DNA of 27,222 nucleotides from Deltaproteobacteria bacterium YD0425bin51. GTDB lineage: Bacteria > Desulfobacterota > Desulfobacteria > Desulfobacterales > YD0425bin51. Each line of letters starts with the position of its first letter. Position 1 is the first letter of the stretch. The stretch covers positions 1-27,222 of the forward strand of contig PDZS01000015.1 of NCBI GenBank assembly GCA_002753225.1, in the 5' to 3' direction. Made by a program: the position numbers and the translations under genes. Positions 1-9,335 of the stretch are shown piece by piece. The notes under the pieces were generated by a model, which was not told the origin of the DNA, did no database searches, and was given only the letters and a program-made list of their open reading frames with translations.

Positions 1-114
1 AAAAGATACTTCTTCTAAAATTTGAGTATGCTTATCCCATCCTGCTTTTTCAAGAGCAGGCATTATCAACTTTGTGCATATATCTCTCTCTGATAAATTT
101 TTCTTTGAGTTCAT
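1..114 (-). CDS. Partial CDS (N-terminal 38 codons; gene continues beyond window start): type I restriction enzyme R-subunit-like N-terminal (HSDR_N) domain
   Basis: Reverse-complement of 1-114 translates from ATG (114..112) as MNSKKNLSERDICTKLIMPALEKAGWDKHTQILEEVSF. The motif SE-x-D-x-x-TKLI-x-PAL-x-KAGW matches the conserved N-terminus of type I/III restriction endonuclease subunits. The start lies 4 nt downstream of the caspase-like gene stop. There is no stop codon before the window edge. Confidence 0.45.
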   Translation of the reverse strand, partial: MNSKKNLSERDICTKLIMPALEKAGWDKHTQILEEVSF

Positions 115-118
115 ATGA

Positions 119-1765
119 TTATTTCTTAAACCTTACTGCGAAACCCTGAATAGTACCAGTATCAAGTCCATGTAAAGGACGAATTGATGATATTCCATGC
201 ATAAAGTCAAAATAGAATGGTCTTCCATCATTAGTAATTTCAATAGACCATACTTCAAATCCCTGTAAATTTATATAAGGATTAATGTTTTTTTGACCAA
301 CTCCTTTTTGATAGAGAGATGCTAACTCTTCAACTGTCGGCATTCGCCACCCACCACCTTGAATATCCAAGTGTGAAATATAGATTTGTGCTTGATCACG
401 TAGACAAGAATAACCTTTTGGACATGCAATCCATTCAAGGTCAGTTAGTTTATCTAATACTACTCCATTTCCTTTTTGAAAAAAGCGATTAGGATCATTT
501 TTATCTAAAATTGGGGGAGCAAGTATTTGGTGATATTTGGGATCAGTAACAGGCAAAACCCTAGGGAAATTACCAACAATTTTTCTATGAGCGTCACGTT
601 TCCCTGTATTGAAATTAAAATAATAGGCAGCTTCTTCGCTTTCTACTTCATTGGACCATGGGCAGCATTCTCCAATATCAATAAGCTCTGTTACTGGAAA
701 ACCATGTTTATTTTTAGAGTTTGTATCATAAAGCGTAGATAATTCGTCTATGGTTGGGAGCCTCCAATGACTAAACCCGCCACCTCTAAAAGTTTTACAA
801 AATAAGTTGGCGTCCCACCAGGTTATTGCTTTCCCATTATCTTGGACAGCCCATATAAGACCAGTTTTAGTATCTAATACAGTTTCATTATTTTTTAATA
901 TAAAGCGATTATCTTTTGGTGTTTCATCCTGCTCAATATATTTCTGTTCAATTTTTAAATCAGGAACTTTTTCTTGTTTTTTTATAATAACAACTCCTCT
1001 TTGTTCTTCAGGATTAAAATAAAATTTACCTTTTAAACTTGTTGACTCCCAAGGAATTTGCTTTTTTTGTGATAATTCTTCAACAGATATGCGTACTTGT
1101 TTGAACATTTCCTCAATAGTAAGGCCAGGAGTTCGTATATGCTTTAAAATTGCAGAAGTATAAATTCCATTATTTTGAGAACCATCAGAAGCTGTTTTTC
1201 CAGGTGAAGTTGCATATGCAACAATAGATCCAGATGGAGCATCCATAAATGCTAAACCTTGTGATTTTACTCCTCTACTCCAGCTTCTTTCAAATGGGTT
1301 GTTTCGGCAGGCATCTAAAATAACAATATTTGTTTTTGATCCGGCATTTTCCATTTCAGAAAGTACTCTATCAGCACGTACACAATCGTATTCAACATCT
1401 TTTTCATTATCTAAAGCAGCATCAACTGGAATAAGATAGTTAATTCCATTTACTTGTATTCCATGACCTGCATAAAAAAATAATCCAATATCAAAATTTT
1501 TAAGTTTTTCACCAAATTCATCTATTGCTTTTTTCATGGCTTTTTGATCACAGTTGATGCGATCAATTACTACAAAGTTTAATTCTTTTAATGCTATTTT
1601 TATTCCCTTAACATCATTAACAGGATTTTTTAGTGTACCTCCATGAGTATAATTTGCATTACCCATAAGTAATGCAATTCGTTTTTCAGATGAAGCAATA
1701 CATGGTATTGCGGAAAAAATAACTGAAGCAAAAATAAGAGTTAATAAAGCAATTTTATTTTTCAT
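119..1765 (-). CDS. Secreted caspase-family (peptidase C14) protein with two C-terminal DUF1566 (Lcl C-terminal-like) domains
   Basis: The N-terminal signal peptide is MKNKIALLTLIFASVIFSAIPCIAS. The caspase His and Cys dyad motifs FFYAGHGIQV and IVILDACRNN are both present. Two C-terminal repeats (TGLIWAVQDNG...WDANLFC...GGGFSHWRLPTIDELSTLYD and TDLEWIACPKG...GGGWRMPTVEELASLYQ) carry the WR(L/M)PT-x-EL signature of DUF1566. Confidence 0.7.
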   Translation of the reverse strand: MKNKIALLTLIFASVIFSAIPCIASSEKRIALLMGNANYTHGGTLKNPVNDVKGIKIALKELNFVVIDRINCDQKAMKKAIDEFGEKLKNFDIGLFFYAGHGIQVNGINYLIPVDAALDNEKDVEYDCVRADRVLSEMENAGSKTNIVILDACRNNPFERSWSRGVKSQGLAFMDAPSGSIVAYATSPGKTASDGSQNNGIYTSAILKHIRTPGLTIEEMFKQVRISVEELSQKKQIPWESTSLKGKFYFNPEEQRGVVIIKKQEKVPDLKIEQKYIEQDETPKDNRFILKNNETVLDTKTGLIWAVQDNGKAITWWDANLFCKTFRGGGFSHWRLPTIDELSTLYDTNSKNKHGFPVTELIDIGECCPWSNEVESEEAAYYFNFNTGKRDAHRKIVGNFPRVLPVTDPKYHQILAPPILDKNDPNRFFQKGNGVVLDKLTDLEWIACPKGYSCLRDQAQIYISHLDIQGGGWRMPTVEELASLYQKGVGQKNINPYINLQGFEVWSIEITNDGRPFYFDFMHGISSIRPLHGLDTGTIQGFAVRFKK

Positions 1766-1790
1766 TCTTTTTTCTTTTTAAAAAATAAGC

Positions 1791-2342
1791 TTATTTAAAG
1801 ACTGATAATAAGTCATTAATTGTTCTGGAGATTTTATCTTTTAAATATAAATATCTCCATTCATCTGGAAAAGCAATAGGGCTGAATATGACTTCTAATT
1901 CTATTTCGTAGTTTTTATTGTCTTTAGTATATCCATGATTAAGTATGTTTAGAGGTAGACTTATCAAGCCTTCGTAGCTTACTATTATTTCATCATAAGC
2001 AAATACACTAAGATAGTAATTATTTTTGCTTTTTACTGAAATTAGTCCAAATTTTATGAGTAAATTTGAAATTGCGTTATGTTTTGCTGTAGATATTAAA
2101 TCAATATTGCTTGAAGAGTCAGCAATACCTTTTACTTTTATTGTATTGAATTTTTCTATCCTGAATTCTTCATAAGCTTGGGACATTGTCAAATTAGTCT
2201 CAGACATTATTCCATTTATTGTTTTAAGATCTAATCTAACATAATATAAGTCATTTGCATAAGACAGGGCAGGGGATAGTATAAAAAATATTTTATACAT
2301 CAAGTATAGGAGTTGCTTTAATTTGTCTTTCAATTGCTTCAA
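1791..2342 (-). CDS. Hypothetical secreted protein (signal peptide; no recognisable domain)
   Basis: A 183-aa ORF. The internal Met ([15 protein letters not shown]) gives a typical signal peptide and is probably the true start, near 2300. The 5' end overlaps the stop of the upstream hybrid kinase gene by 8-50 nt. Confidence 0.4.
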   Translation of the reverse strand: MKQLKDKLKQLLYLMYKIFFILSPALSYANDLYYVRLDLKTINGIMSETNLTMSQAYEEFRIEKFNTIKVKGIADSSSNIDLISTAKHNAISNLLIKFGLISVKSKNNYYLSVFAYDEIIVSYEGLISLPLNILNHGYTKDNKNYEIELEVIFSPIAFPDEWRYLYLKDKISRTINDLLSVFK

Positions 2343-4338
2343 GAAGTTTTTCGGGTTTTACTGGTTTTGATACATAATCATTCATACCAGACTCTATGCA
2401 GCGTTCACGATCTCCAGTCATTGCATGAGCAGTCATTGCAATTATTGGAACATCATGATCTATAACATTTGAAGATATATCTCTAATTCTTTTTGTTGCT
2501 TCAAAGCCATCCATTTCAGGCATTTGTACATCCATTAAAACTATATCGTACCTTTTTTTCTCTAATGCTTTGACTGCTTCTAGCCCATTTATTGCTGTAT
2601 CAGCTTCATATCCGAATTTTTTCAAATGAAGGAGTGCCAGTTTTTGATTAACAGGATTATCTTCTGCAAGCAGTATTTTTAATTTTCGCTTAGCAATATC
2701 TGCCAACGAATGTTTTGTTACTATTTGGGTATCTTCTTTTTTATTTTCATTTGTTTCACAAGAAACGCCCAAAACTGTTACAAGACAGTCAAAAAGTTGA
2801 GCCCGTTTTATTGGCTTACTTAAATAAGCTGCAAAGCCTATTTCTTTCATTCTTACAGCATCTCCACGGAGACCTCTTGAAGTAAGCATAACTAAAGTAG
2901 TCTGTTCTATGCTAGGGTCTGCTTTAATAAGCCTTCCCAAAGCCTCACCATCCATACCAGGCATCATATAATCTATAATTGCAATATTAAAAGGATCTTT
3001 TTCTTCAGAAGCTTTAGAGAGTTTGGACAAAGCCTCTTGAGCATTTATTGCAGGAGCGTATCTGCATCCCCAGGATTTTAAATATGATTTTATTATTTCT
3101 CTATTGGTTGCATTATCATCAACAGCTAGAACTTTTTTACCTCTAATATCAGCAGGTATTATCTGTGACATTTCTTTACCTTTTGGCTGTTTGTCAAGAA
3201 GTGCCGTAAAGTAAAAAATAGAGCCTTTTCCTTCTATGCTTTCAACACCAATTTTTCCACCCATCATTTCAGCGAGTTGTTTTGAGATGGCAAGGCCTAG
3301 TCCTGTTCCTCCATATTTTCTAGTAGTAGATGTATCAACTTGTGAAAAAGATTTGAAAAGACGATCCAGGCGATCTTTTGGTATACCTATTCCTGTGTCC
3401 TTTACAGCAAAGTGTACCCTTGCATTAGTTTCAGTCTCTTTTTCTAGATTTACAGATATAGTGACTTCACCTTTTTCAGTAAATTTTATGGAATTTCCAG
3501 AAAGGTTTATAAGTATTTGGCGGAGTCTTCCAGGATCACCTTTTAGAAATATAGGGACATCATGATGAATAAAACAGGCAAATTCCAATTTTTTTTCATG
3601 TGCTTTCATAGATAATAGTTCAGATACGTCTTCAACCATTTTCCGGATATCAAAATCTATTGATTCCAGTTCCATTTTACCAGCTTCAATTTTTGAAAAA
3701 TCAAGAATATCATTTATAATAGAAAGGAGAGAGTCAGAGCTAAATATTATTGTATCAACAAATTCACGCTGTTCTTTAGAAAGTACAGTGTCCTTAATTA
3801 AACCTGCCATGCCAATTATTCCATTCATTGGAGTTCTGATTTCATGACTCATATTGGCAAGAAAATCACTTTTGGCTCTGTTAGCTGCGTCTGCTTCCTT
3901 TGCTAATCTCTGAGCCTCTTTTGTAGTTTCCTGAAGTTTCAATTTTGAAGCTTCAAGTTCTGTTACATCCTGAACCATTATATAGATATATTTAATTTGG
4001 CTATTTTCATCACGAAGAGGACCTATTGTACATTTCTGCTGCATGAATTCAAAATTATGTCCCATTGTATTTATTGCTTTGAAGGGAAAGAGATAGGGAT
4101 ATAATTTTTGAGATAAAAAAGAAAAATTGCCGAATGTGAAAACTGATTTTATATTTCGTTTAAATCTATCATTGTTTAAGTGAGGAAATAATTCGAAAAA
4201 TGGTTTTCCAATAACTTCTTTTGCCGGTATCTTGCCATAATTTTCCATCCATCTATTCCACTTGTGAACATTTAATTCTTTATCTAAAATTACAATACCA
4301 GCTGTAACCATATCGAATATTTGTTCAAAAATCATCAA
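2293..4338 (-). CDS. Hybrid sensor histidine kinase (PAS - HisKA - HATPase_c - REC - REC)
   Basis: A PAS-like N-terminus ([20 protein letters not shown]). An H-box [19 protein letters not shown]. The HATPase G-boxes DTGIGIP and [19 protein letters not shown]. Two receiver domains ([14 protein letters not shown]...DYMMPGMDG and [15 protein letters not shown]...[11 protein letters not shown]). A 4-nt overlap with the upstream CheC-like gene. Confidence 0.85.
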   Translation of the reverse strand: MMIFEQIFDMVTAGIVILDKELNVHKWNRWMENYGKIPAKEVIGKPFFELFPHLNNDRFKRNIKSVFTFGNFSFLSQKLYPYLFPFKAINTMGHNFEFMQQKCTIGPLRDENSQIKYIYIMVQDVTELEASKLKLQETTKEAQRLAKEADAANRAKSDFLANMSHEIRTPMNGIIGMAGLIKDTVLSKEQREFVDTIIFSSDSLLSIINDILDFSKIEAGKMELESIDFDIRKMVEDVSELLSMKAHEKKLEFACFIHHDVPIFLKGDPGRLRQILINLSGNSIKFTEKGEVTISVNLEKETETNARVHFAVKDTGIGIPKDRLDRLFKSFSQVDTSTTRKYGGTGLGLAISKQLAEMMGGKIGVESIEGKGSIFYFTALLDKQPKGKEMSQIIPADIRGKKVLAVDDNATNREIIKSYLKSWGCRYAPAINAQEALSKLSKASEEKDPFNIAIIDYMMPGMDGEALGRLIKADPSIEQTTLVMLTSRGLRGDAVRMKEIGFAAYLSKPIKRAQLFDCLVTVLGVSCETNENKKEDTQIVTKHSLADIAKRKLKILLAEDNPVNQKLALLHLKKFGYEADTAINGLEAVKALEKKRYDIVLMDVQMPEMDGFEATKRIRDISSNVIDHDVPIIAMTAHAMTGDRERCIESGMNDYVSKPVKPEKLLEAIERQIKATPILDV

Positions 4339-4979
4339 AAAGACTCCATAAAGTCATTTAATGATTTTCTTAACCATGCAATAGAGTCTTGATTTGTAAG
4401 CAAAAGCAAAAAACCATTCACATTCTTCTGTTCAAATTCAAAAACTGTTCTCATTATGATTGCACTTTGATCAGGATCAAAAGAACTTATCATGTATTTA
4501 TATTCTTCACTTTTGCTGTTTATAACCTCAGGAGGTGAATAAGTAACAAATGTTTTTAAAAGCTCAGAAATTTTTCCAACACAAGCCCCTATTAAGATAT
4601 TTCCAACTTCTGTTAAGGAATTATTTTCAAGAGCGTCCAACTGCTCTTTATCCATATTTTCCGCTTCTATATCTTGTTCAAATAGCCTAATTATTTGTTT
4701 GCTTGAATTAGCTGGAAAGACTAATAAACCAGAGCCTTTAAAATCTCCCCAAAATTTTTGATCAACTATGTTTACTTCAGAGTTAGAATCGCTCATTTCA
4801 TTTCTTATATAATCTGGAAGCTCGCCTGCACTTATAACTTTTATTTGGGGTATGCTTAATACTACACATATATCGATAACTTCAGCAAGATCTGCAGTTG
4901 CGCTTCCAAAAGCTATATTCATAACTTCTTGAAGAATATCTTTTTCTTCGTCAGAAAAAAGCTCATTGGCATCAGACAT
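4335..4979 (-). CDS. CheC-like chemotaxis phosphatase family protein (CheC/CheX/FliY superfamily)
   Basis: The N-terminal [20 protein letters not shown] is a D-x3-E-x2-N CheC active-site repeat. A second degenerate repeat is [16 protein letters not shown]. The gene overlaps the CheY-like gene by 8 nt and the kinase gene by 4 nt. Confidence 0.55.
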   Translation of the reverse strand: MSDANELFSDEEKDILQEVMNIAFGSATADLAEVIDICVVLSIPQIKVISAGELPDYIRNEMSDSNSEVNIVDQKFWGDFKGSGLLVFPANSSKQIIRLFEQDIEAENMDKEQLDALENNSLTEVGNILIGACVGKISELLKTFVTYSPPEVINSKSEEYKYMISSFDPDQSAIIMRTVFEFEQKNVNGFLLLLTNQDSIAWLRKSLNDFMESF

Positions 4980-5373
4980 CTTGATTCACTCCTGCAATTT
5001 GTTGTATTTTCATTTCAGCTTTTTCTAATGCAGCCTCTATCGATTCTTTTTTTGCTGGTGGTTTTTTTATTAAAGTAAAAGCTCCAAGTTCTAGAGCCTT
5101 TGTAATTGATTGTCTTTGAATATCAGCTGTCATAACAATAATTATAGCATTTTTATCAAATTTTTTTATTTGAGCAGTAGCTCCATAACCATCTAAAACC
5201 GGCATGGTTAAATCCATTATTGTGACATCTGGTCTTATTTCTTGATACTTATTTACTCCTTCCTGCCCATTTGTAGCTTCAAATATTTCATAACCTTTGT
5301 TGTCAGGTATACATTTTTTTAACATTTTTCTAGCTACTGGAGAATCATCAACTATTAAAATTTTTTTAATCAT
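4972..5373 (-). CDS. Single-domain CheY-like response regulator
   Basis: MIKKILIVDDSPVARKMLKK...TIMDLTMPVLDGYGATAQIKK...IIVMTA. A canonical REC fold of 133 aa with no output domain. Confidence 0.85.
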   Translation of the reverse strand: MIKKILIVDDSPVARKMLKKCIPDNKGYEIFEATNGQEGVNKYQEIRPDVTIMDLTMPVLDGYGATAQIKKFDKNAIIIVMTADIQRQSITKALELGAFTLIKKPPAKKESIEAALEKAEMKIQQIAGVNQDV

Positions 5374-5391
5374 AAATTAAATCCTTTTTTA

Positions 5392-5859
5392 TTATGACTG
5401 GTCAGAAGCTGTTGGATTATCTATCAGTTTATTAAGTCCCTTTTTTTTAAGTTTTCCAGAGCGGATATTATTTATATGCTTATATAATTTACAATACTGC
5501 TCTTTTGATAAAATATTTTTAATTTCAAGGATACTGGCAGTTTTTATTTTCATTATCTGTTTTTTTATTTCTGAAATTTTATCAATAAGTGAGTCTAGTT
5601 TTGTCTTGTCAGACTTCTCTTTTTTTATTTCATCATAAAATTCCATTCTGCTTATATCAGTTTCATATCTCAACTTAAGAATATCTCGTTTTGATTTATC
5701 TCTTATTGATTCTATTTTTTTAGTTTGATCAATGTTTAAATTAAGGTTATTTAATATGTTATCAGAAATAGTCAAATCATTATCATTGTCTATAGATAAA
5801 GCTTGTATAACCCAAAAAGCACTTATCAATATAAAAAGAAAAAAAATTTTTATTTTCAT
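5392..5859 (-). CDS. Periplasmic Spy/CpxP-like (LTxxQ motif) protein
   Basis: A signal peptide (MKIKIFFLFILISAFWVIQALS). Two L[NT/S]xxQ motifs (LNIDQ and LSKEQ) lie in a lysine/glutamate-rich helical sequence of ~155 aa, resembling the CpxP/Spy periplasmic stress-chaperone family. Confidence 0.4.
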   Translation of the reverse strand: MKIKIFFLFILISAFWVIQALSIDNDNDLTISDNILNNLNLNIDQTKKIESIRDKSKRDILKLRYETDISRMEFYDEIKKEKSDKTKLDSLIDKISEIKKQIMKIKTASILEIKNILSKEQYCKLYKHINNIRSGKLKKKGLNKLIDNPTASDQS

Positions 5860-5884
5860 AAATTATCCCTTATCTTTATTAGTT

Positions 5885-7690
5885 TTAATAAATTTTTTCA
5901 TCTATTTGCTCAGGGTCAAGTTCTTTTTTAGCATACTCTCTATAAATACGGTCATTGACAAAAAGATCATAGATGTCTGGATCAATATGGCCATCTTTTT
6001 TCATAAATTCGATTATTTTAAGGGCTTGAGTAAGAGTCATTGGAGCTTTGTAAGGTCTATCCTTTGCAGTGAGGGCTTCAAAAACATCTGCAACTAACAT
6101 TATTCTAGCTTGGATTGGCAAGTCTTTTCCAGATAATTTACGGGGATAACCAGATCCATCCATTTTTTCATGGTGGCTTGCTGCATAATCTGGAACTTTA
6201 GAAAGCCTCTTTGGAAAAGGGATCTGCTCTAGAATTTTTAATGTCATAAGTGCATGATTTTCAATTATTTTTCTCTCTTCTTCGGTTAATGTACCTTTCC
6301 GTATAGATAAATTATAAACTTCATCTTTAGTTAAATAAGGATATGTTATTGTGTCCTTGATATATGTTTTTTTTGCTATTTTATTTAGCTTTTCTATTTT
6401 GGTATCATTCATGAATTCATAAGATTTATTACATTCTTTTATAAATTGAAGATCAGCAAATATTTGTTTTATTTCTTCTTCACAAGACTTATCTACTATT
6501 TGCAGCGCAGTTTCATTGATTGGGTCATTTTTTAAAATTTCTAATTTTTGGTTTAAAGATACAGCTTCAACTGATTTAGCAATAAAGTTAAATCTAAATT
6601 CGATTGCATCTATTCGATCAGATATTGTTTGCAGTTTAGTCGCTTTATCCACAATGTACTCAGGTGTTACAATTTTTCCTACATCATGCATCCATGCAGA
6701 AAGTCTCAGTTCTTCCAGTTCATCTTTATTAAAATAAATATCTTTAAGATGTCCCTCAGTTTTTTCATTAATTTTTTCAGCCATCATCATTGTAAGATCA
6801 ACTACTCTTCGTATATGACCTCCTGTGTATGGTGATTTTTTATCAATTGCAGTAGCAATGCTTTGAATAAAAGCATAAAATAATTCTGTCAAATCCTTTA
6901 TTAATCGTGCGTTAGTAAGAGCTACAGCAGCTTGAGAAGCTATTGAAGCAACTAAATCTGTATGAGCTTTTGAAAAAGGAATGACTTTTTCTGTTTCAAT
7001 ATCTTTAGCATTAAGTAATTGAAGAACTCCAATTATATCATTTTCATGATTTTTAAGTGGAATTACAAGCATTGATCTTGATCTATAGCCAGTGGCTGCA
7101 TCGTAATTTCTTGGACCTGTAAAATCAAATCCTTGAGCTTCATATACATCAGGAATATTAACTAACTCACCAGTAATTGCAGTATATGAAGATACATTTG
7201 AATGATTTGGAGTTCCATCTTGATGATAAAGCAGAACATTAGGAAGAGTAATTTCTTTGCCGCTAGTTCCTCCAAGCCTTGTTTTCATCGTATCATTATG
7301 CAGTATTCGAAAGCAGAGATATTTTTTTTCATCATCTAAAGTGTATAATGTACCAGCATCAGCATTAGATATTGCTTTTGCTCCATCAACTATGAGTTCT
7401 AAAAGTTTTTCAATATTTTTTTCAGATGAAAGTGCAATTCCAATTTGTGCTTGACGTTCAATATATCTAATTTGGTTTTCAGCATAACTAGTAACTTCAG
7501 ATATTATTGTTTTTAACAGTTTATTGCTTATATGAGAAAAGATTGGTATATGAGAAAGCTGGGTTATTTCTTTTACAATAGTCTTTATAAGCTTATCTAA
7601 TTTTTTATCCTCAGCTAAAAAGTTAATGATATCAAATTCGACACCTATTTTTTTATTAGTTTTTTCAATAAGGTTTGAAAAAAAAGTCAT
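5885..7690 (-). CDS. GAF domain-containing HD-GYP phosphodiesterase (c-di-GMP hydrolase family)
   Basis: An N-terminal GAF-like region. The HD motif is in WMHDVGKIVTPEYIVDKATKL. The GYP motif is in HHEKMDGSGYPRKLSGKDLPIQARIMLVADVFEALTAKDRPYK. Confidence 0.8.
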   Translation of the reverse strand: MTFFSNLIEKTNKKIGVEFDIINFLAEDKKLDKLIKTIVKEITQLSHIPIFSHISNKLLKTIISEVTSYAENQIRYIERQAQIGIALSSEKNIEKLLELIVDGAKAISNADAGTLYTLDDEKKYLCFRILHNDTMKTRLGGTSGKEITLPNVLLYHQDGTPNHSNVSSYTAITGELVNIPDVYEAQGFDFTGPRNYDAATGYRSRSMLVIPLKNHENDIIGVLQLLNAKDIETEKVIPFSKAHTDLVASIASQAAVALTNARLIKDLTELFYAFIQSIATAIDKKSPYTGGHIRRVVDLTMMMAEKINEKTEGHLKDIYFNKDELEELRLSAWMHDVGKIVTPEYIVDKATKLQTISDRIDAIEFRFNFIAKSVEAVSLNQKLEILKNDPINETALQIVDKSCEEEIKQIFADLQFIKECNKSYEFMNDTKIEKLNKIAKKTYIKDTITYPYLTKDEVYNLSIRKGTLTEEERKIIENHALMTLKILEQIPFPKRLSKVPDYAASHHEKMDGSGYPRKLSGKDLPIQARIMLVADVFEALTAKDRPYKAPMTLTQALKIIEFMKKDGHIDPDIYDLFVNDRIYREYAKKELDPEQIDEKIY

Positions 7691-7700
7691 TTTAGTGTCC

Positions 7701-9335
7701 TCACGATCCTGCTGATTTACTTGGATTTGTTCTAATTAGAGAAGTTGGGTTTAATTCATTAATGTAATCTTTTATTCCTTTAACTATAGCTTCACATAAT
7801 TCATTCTGATATTGATGAGTAATTATTCTTTGACATTCCTTAGGGTTGCTGATAAAGCCTGCTTCAACTAAAATTGCAGGCATATGAGCGCCTAAAAGAA
7901 CATAAAAAGGCGCTTGCTTTACTCCCTTATCCTTTATCATATCATATTTGTTTGATAGGTGACCTGTTAAAGATTTTTGAACATAACCAGCAAGTCTGCT
8001 TGATTCATTAATTTTGGCATTTTGCATTAAGTCATTTAAAATACTTTGAAGATCGCTTATATTTTTGGTTGATGTAGCGTTTTCTCTGGCTGCTACACGT
8101 ATAGCATCATCATCTGTGGCTAAATTTAAAAAATATGTTTCAATCCCATATGCACGTTGGTCCTTTGTAGAATTTGCATGCATTGATATAAAAATATCTG
8201 CATTTTTAGTGTTTGCAATAGCAGTTCTCTCTTCTAATGTTAAATAATTATCATCGTTTCTGGTAAGTATTACTTTGCAACCTAATTTATCATGAATTTT
8301 TTGAGCGAGCTTTTTGGATATTTCCATTACAATATCTTTTTCTGCAATTCCTTTAATACTAGTTGGTGCTCCAATGTCATGACCGCCATGTCCTGGATCA
8401 ATGATTACTAGTTTTACCCCTAAAGCCAATTGTTTAGCTATAGCGCTTGGCGGTATTTTGGTTGTTGTTGAAGGGGGGGTGATCGGTTGTTTCGGTTTTT
8501 CTACATAATGAGGCTTTTCTGATGGCTTGCCCCATATATCTATAATTATTCTAAAAGGGTTATTTAAAGAAAAAATTTTATAGCTTTGAAAAGATTTAAT
8601 ATCAACTACTATTCTAACAGTTGTAAGGGTATATTGCCCAGCTCTTGCGCTTGTAAGCAGATCGTCATTTATTGGAATTATACTTTTGATTCGTTTTGGA
8701 AGTTTTGTATTTTCAAAATCAATGTAAAGACGAGGTGGTTTTTGAATACTAGGATCTTTTTCAAGAAGTTTATGTACAAAAGGAGTTTCATGGTTTAAAT
8801 TTATAACAACCCTGGTATAATTAGGGTTTGACCAAAATCGTAAATCTTCAATAAGATAAAGAGGTTTATTTTGTTTATTGATTTGTTTCTCTACAGGTTT
8901 ATCTATGGATTTCTCTATAGGTTTTTCTATAGATTTAGATTTAATAGCTAATTCAGGAAAAGCACTTAATGCTTCTTCTGATTTAATTTTATATTCGCTA
9001 CCTGGAAAATGCTTTATAACTCTTTGCAAAATATCTATAGCTTCTTTTTTATCTGATGCTTTAATAGATATTTTATGAAGTTCCAAGTAAAGCTTGCCTG
9101 CCATGTATAAAGCCTGAGCGCTTAATTTACCTGAGGGGTCTGACTTGTAAACCTGTTCAAATTTTTCAATACATGGAAACCAGTTATCACGAAATTGTCG
9201 TTTTTTTTCATTTTTTGACAGCGTCTGATAGCATGCTTCAGCTTTTTTATAGTCTTCTTGCATAGATGCAAACAACCAAATAGGTTTAAATATAAAAAAA
9301 AATAATATCAGAACAATTTTACAACTATATCTCAC
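7701..9335 (-). CDS. amiC: N-acetylmuramoyl-L-alanine amidase, AmiC-like (AMIN + Amidase_3 domains)
   Basis: A signal peptide. An AMIN-like segment (YTRVVINLNHETPF...RLYIDFENTKL). A Pro/Lys-rich repeat linker (IEKPIEKSIDKPVEKQINKQ). The Amidase_3 core VIIDPGHGGHDIGAPT...EKDIVMEISKKLA...FISMHANS. An 11-nt overlap with mutS. Confidence 0.75.
   Translation of the reverse strand: MRYSCKIVLILFFFIFKPIWLFASMQEDYKKAEACYQTLSKNEKKRQFRDNWFPCIEKFEQVYKSDPSGKLSAQALYMAGKLYLELHKISIKASDKKEAIDILQRVIKHFPGSEYKIKSEEALSAFPELAIKSKSIEKPIEKSIDKPVEKQINKQNKPLYLIEDLRFWSNPNYTRVVINLNHETPFVHKLLEKDPSIQKPPRLYIDFENTKLPKRIKSIIPINDDLLTSARAGQYTLTTVRIVVDIKSFQSYKIFSLNNPFRIIIDIWGKPSEKPHYVEKPKQPITPPSTTTKIPPSAIAKQLALGVKLVIIDPGHGGHDIGAPTSIKGIAEKDIVMEISKKLAQKIHDKLGCKVILTRNDDNYLTLEERTAIANTKNADIFISMHANSTKDQRAYGIETYFLNLATDDDAIRVAARENATSTKNISDLQSILNDLMQNAKINESSRLAGYVQKSLTGHLSNKYDMIKDKGVKQAPFYVLLGAHMPAILVEAGFISNPKECQRIITHQYQNELCEAIVKGIKDYINELNPTSLIRTNPSKSAGS
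8885..8940. repeat. Imperfect tandem repeats encoding the Pro/Lys-rich linker (IEKP/IDKP) of the amidase
   Basis: gtttctctacaggtttatctatggatttctctataggtttttctatagatttagat. The repeated unit is tctat(a/g)g(g/a)ttt. Confidence 0.5.

Noticed and set aside
527-1022. Plus-strand ORFs 527..742 and 807..1022 inside the caspase-like gene
   Set aside because: They lie antisense within a well-supported minus-strand CDS. They have low-complexity hydrophobic translations and no RBS or known motifs. They are shadow ORFs typical of AT-rich DNA.
5392-5859. The 155-aa periplasmic protein as a flagellar or chemotaxis component (given its chemotaxis-like neighbours)
   Set aside because: It has no motifs of FliJ, FlgM or CheW. 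The LTxxQ-like pair and a Lys/Glu-rich helical composition fit the Spy/CpxP family better, though only at low confidence.
3236-8247. Antisense small ORFs 3236..3565, 5732..6097, 6516..6737, 6629..6835, 7257..7454 and 8065..8247
   Set aside because: All are embedded antisense in strongly supported genes (hybrid kinase, Spy-like/HD-GYP, amidase) and show no domain signatures.
8586-9078. Plus-strand ORFs 8586..8798 and 8878..9078 within the amidase gene
   Set aside because: They are antisense to the amidase CDS. The second merely reads through the linker repeats in another frame.
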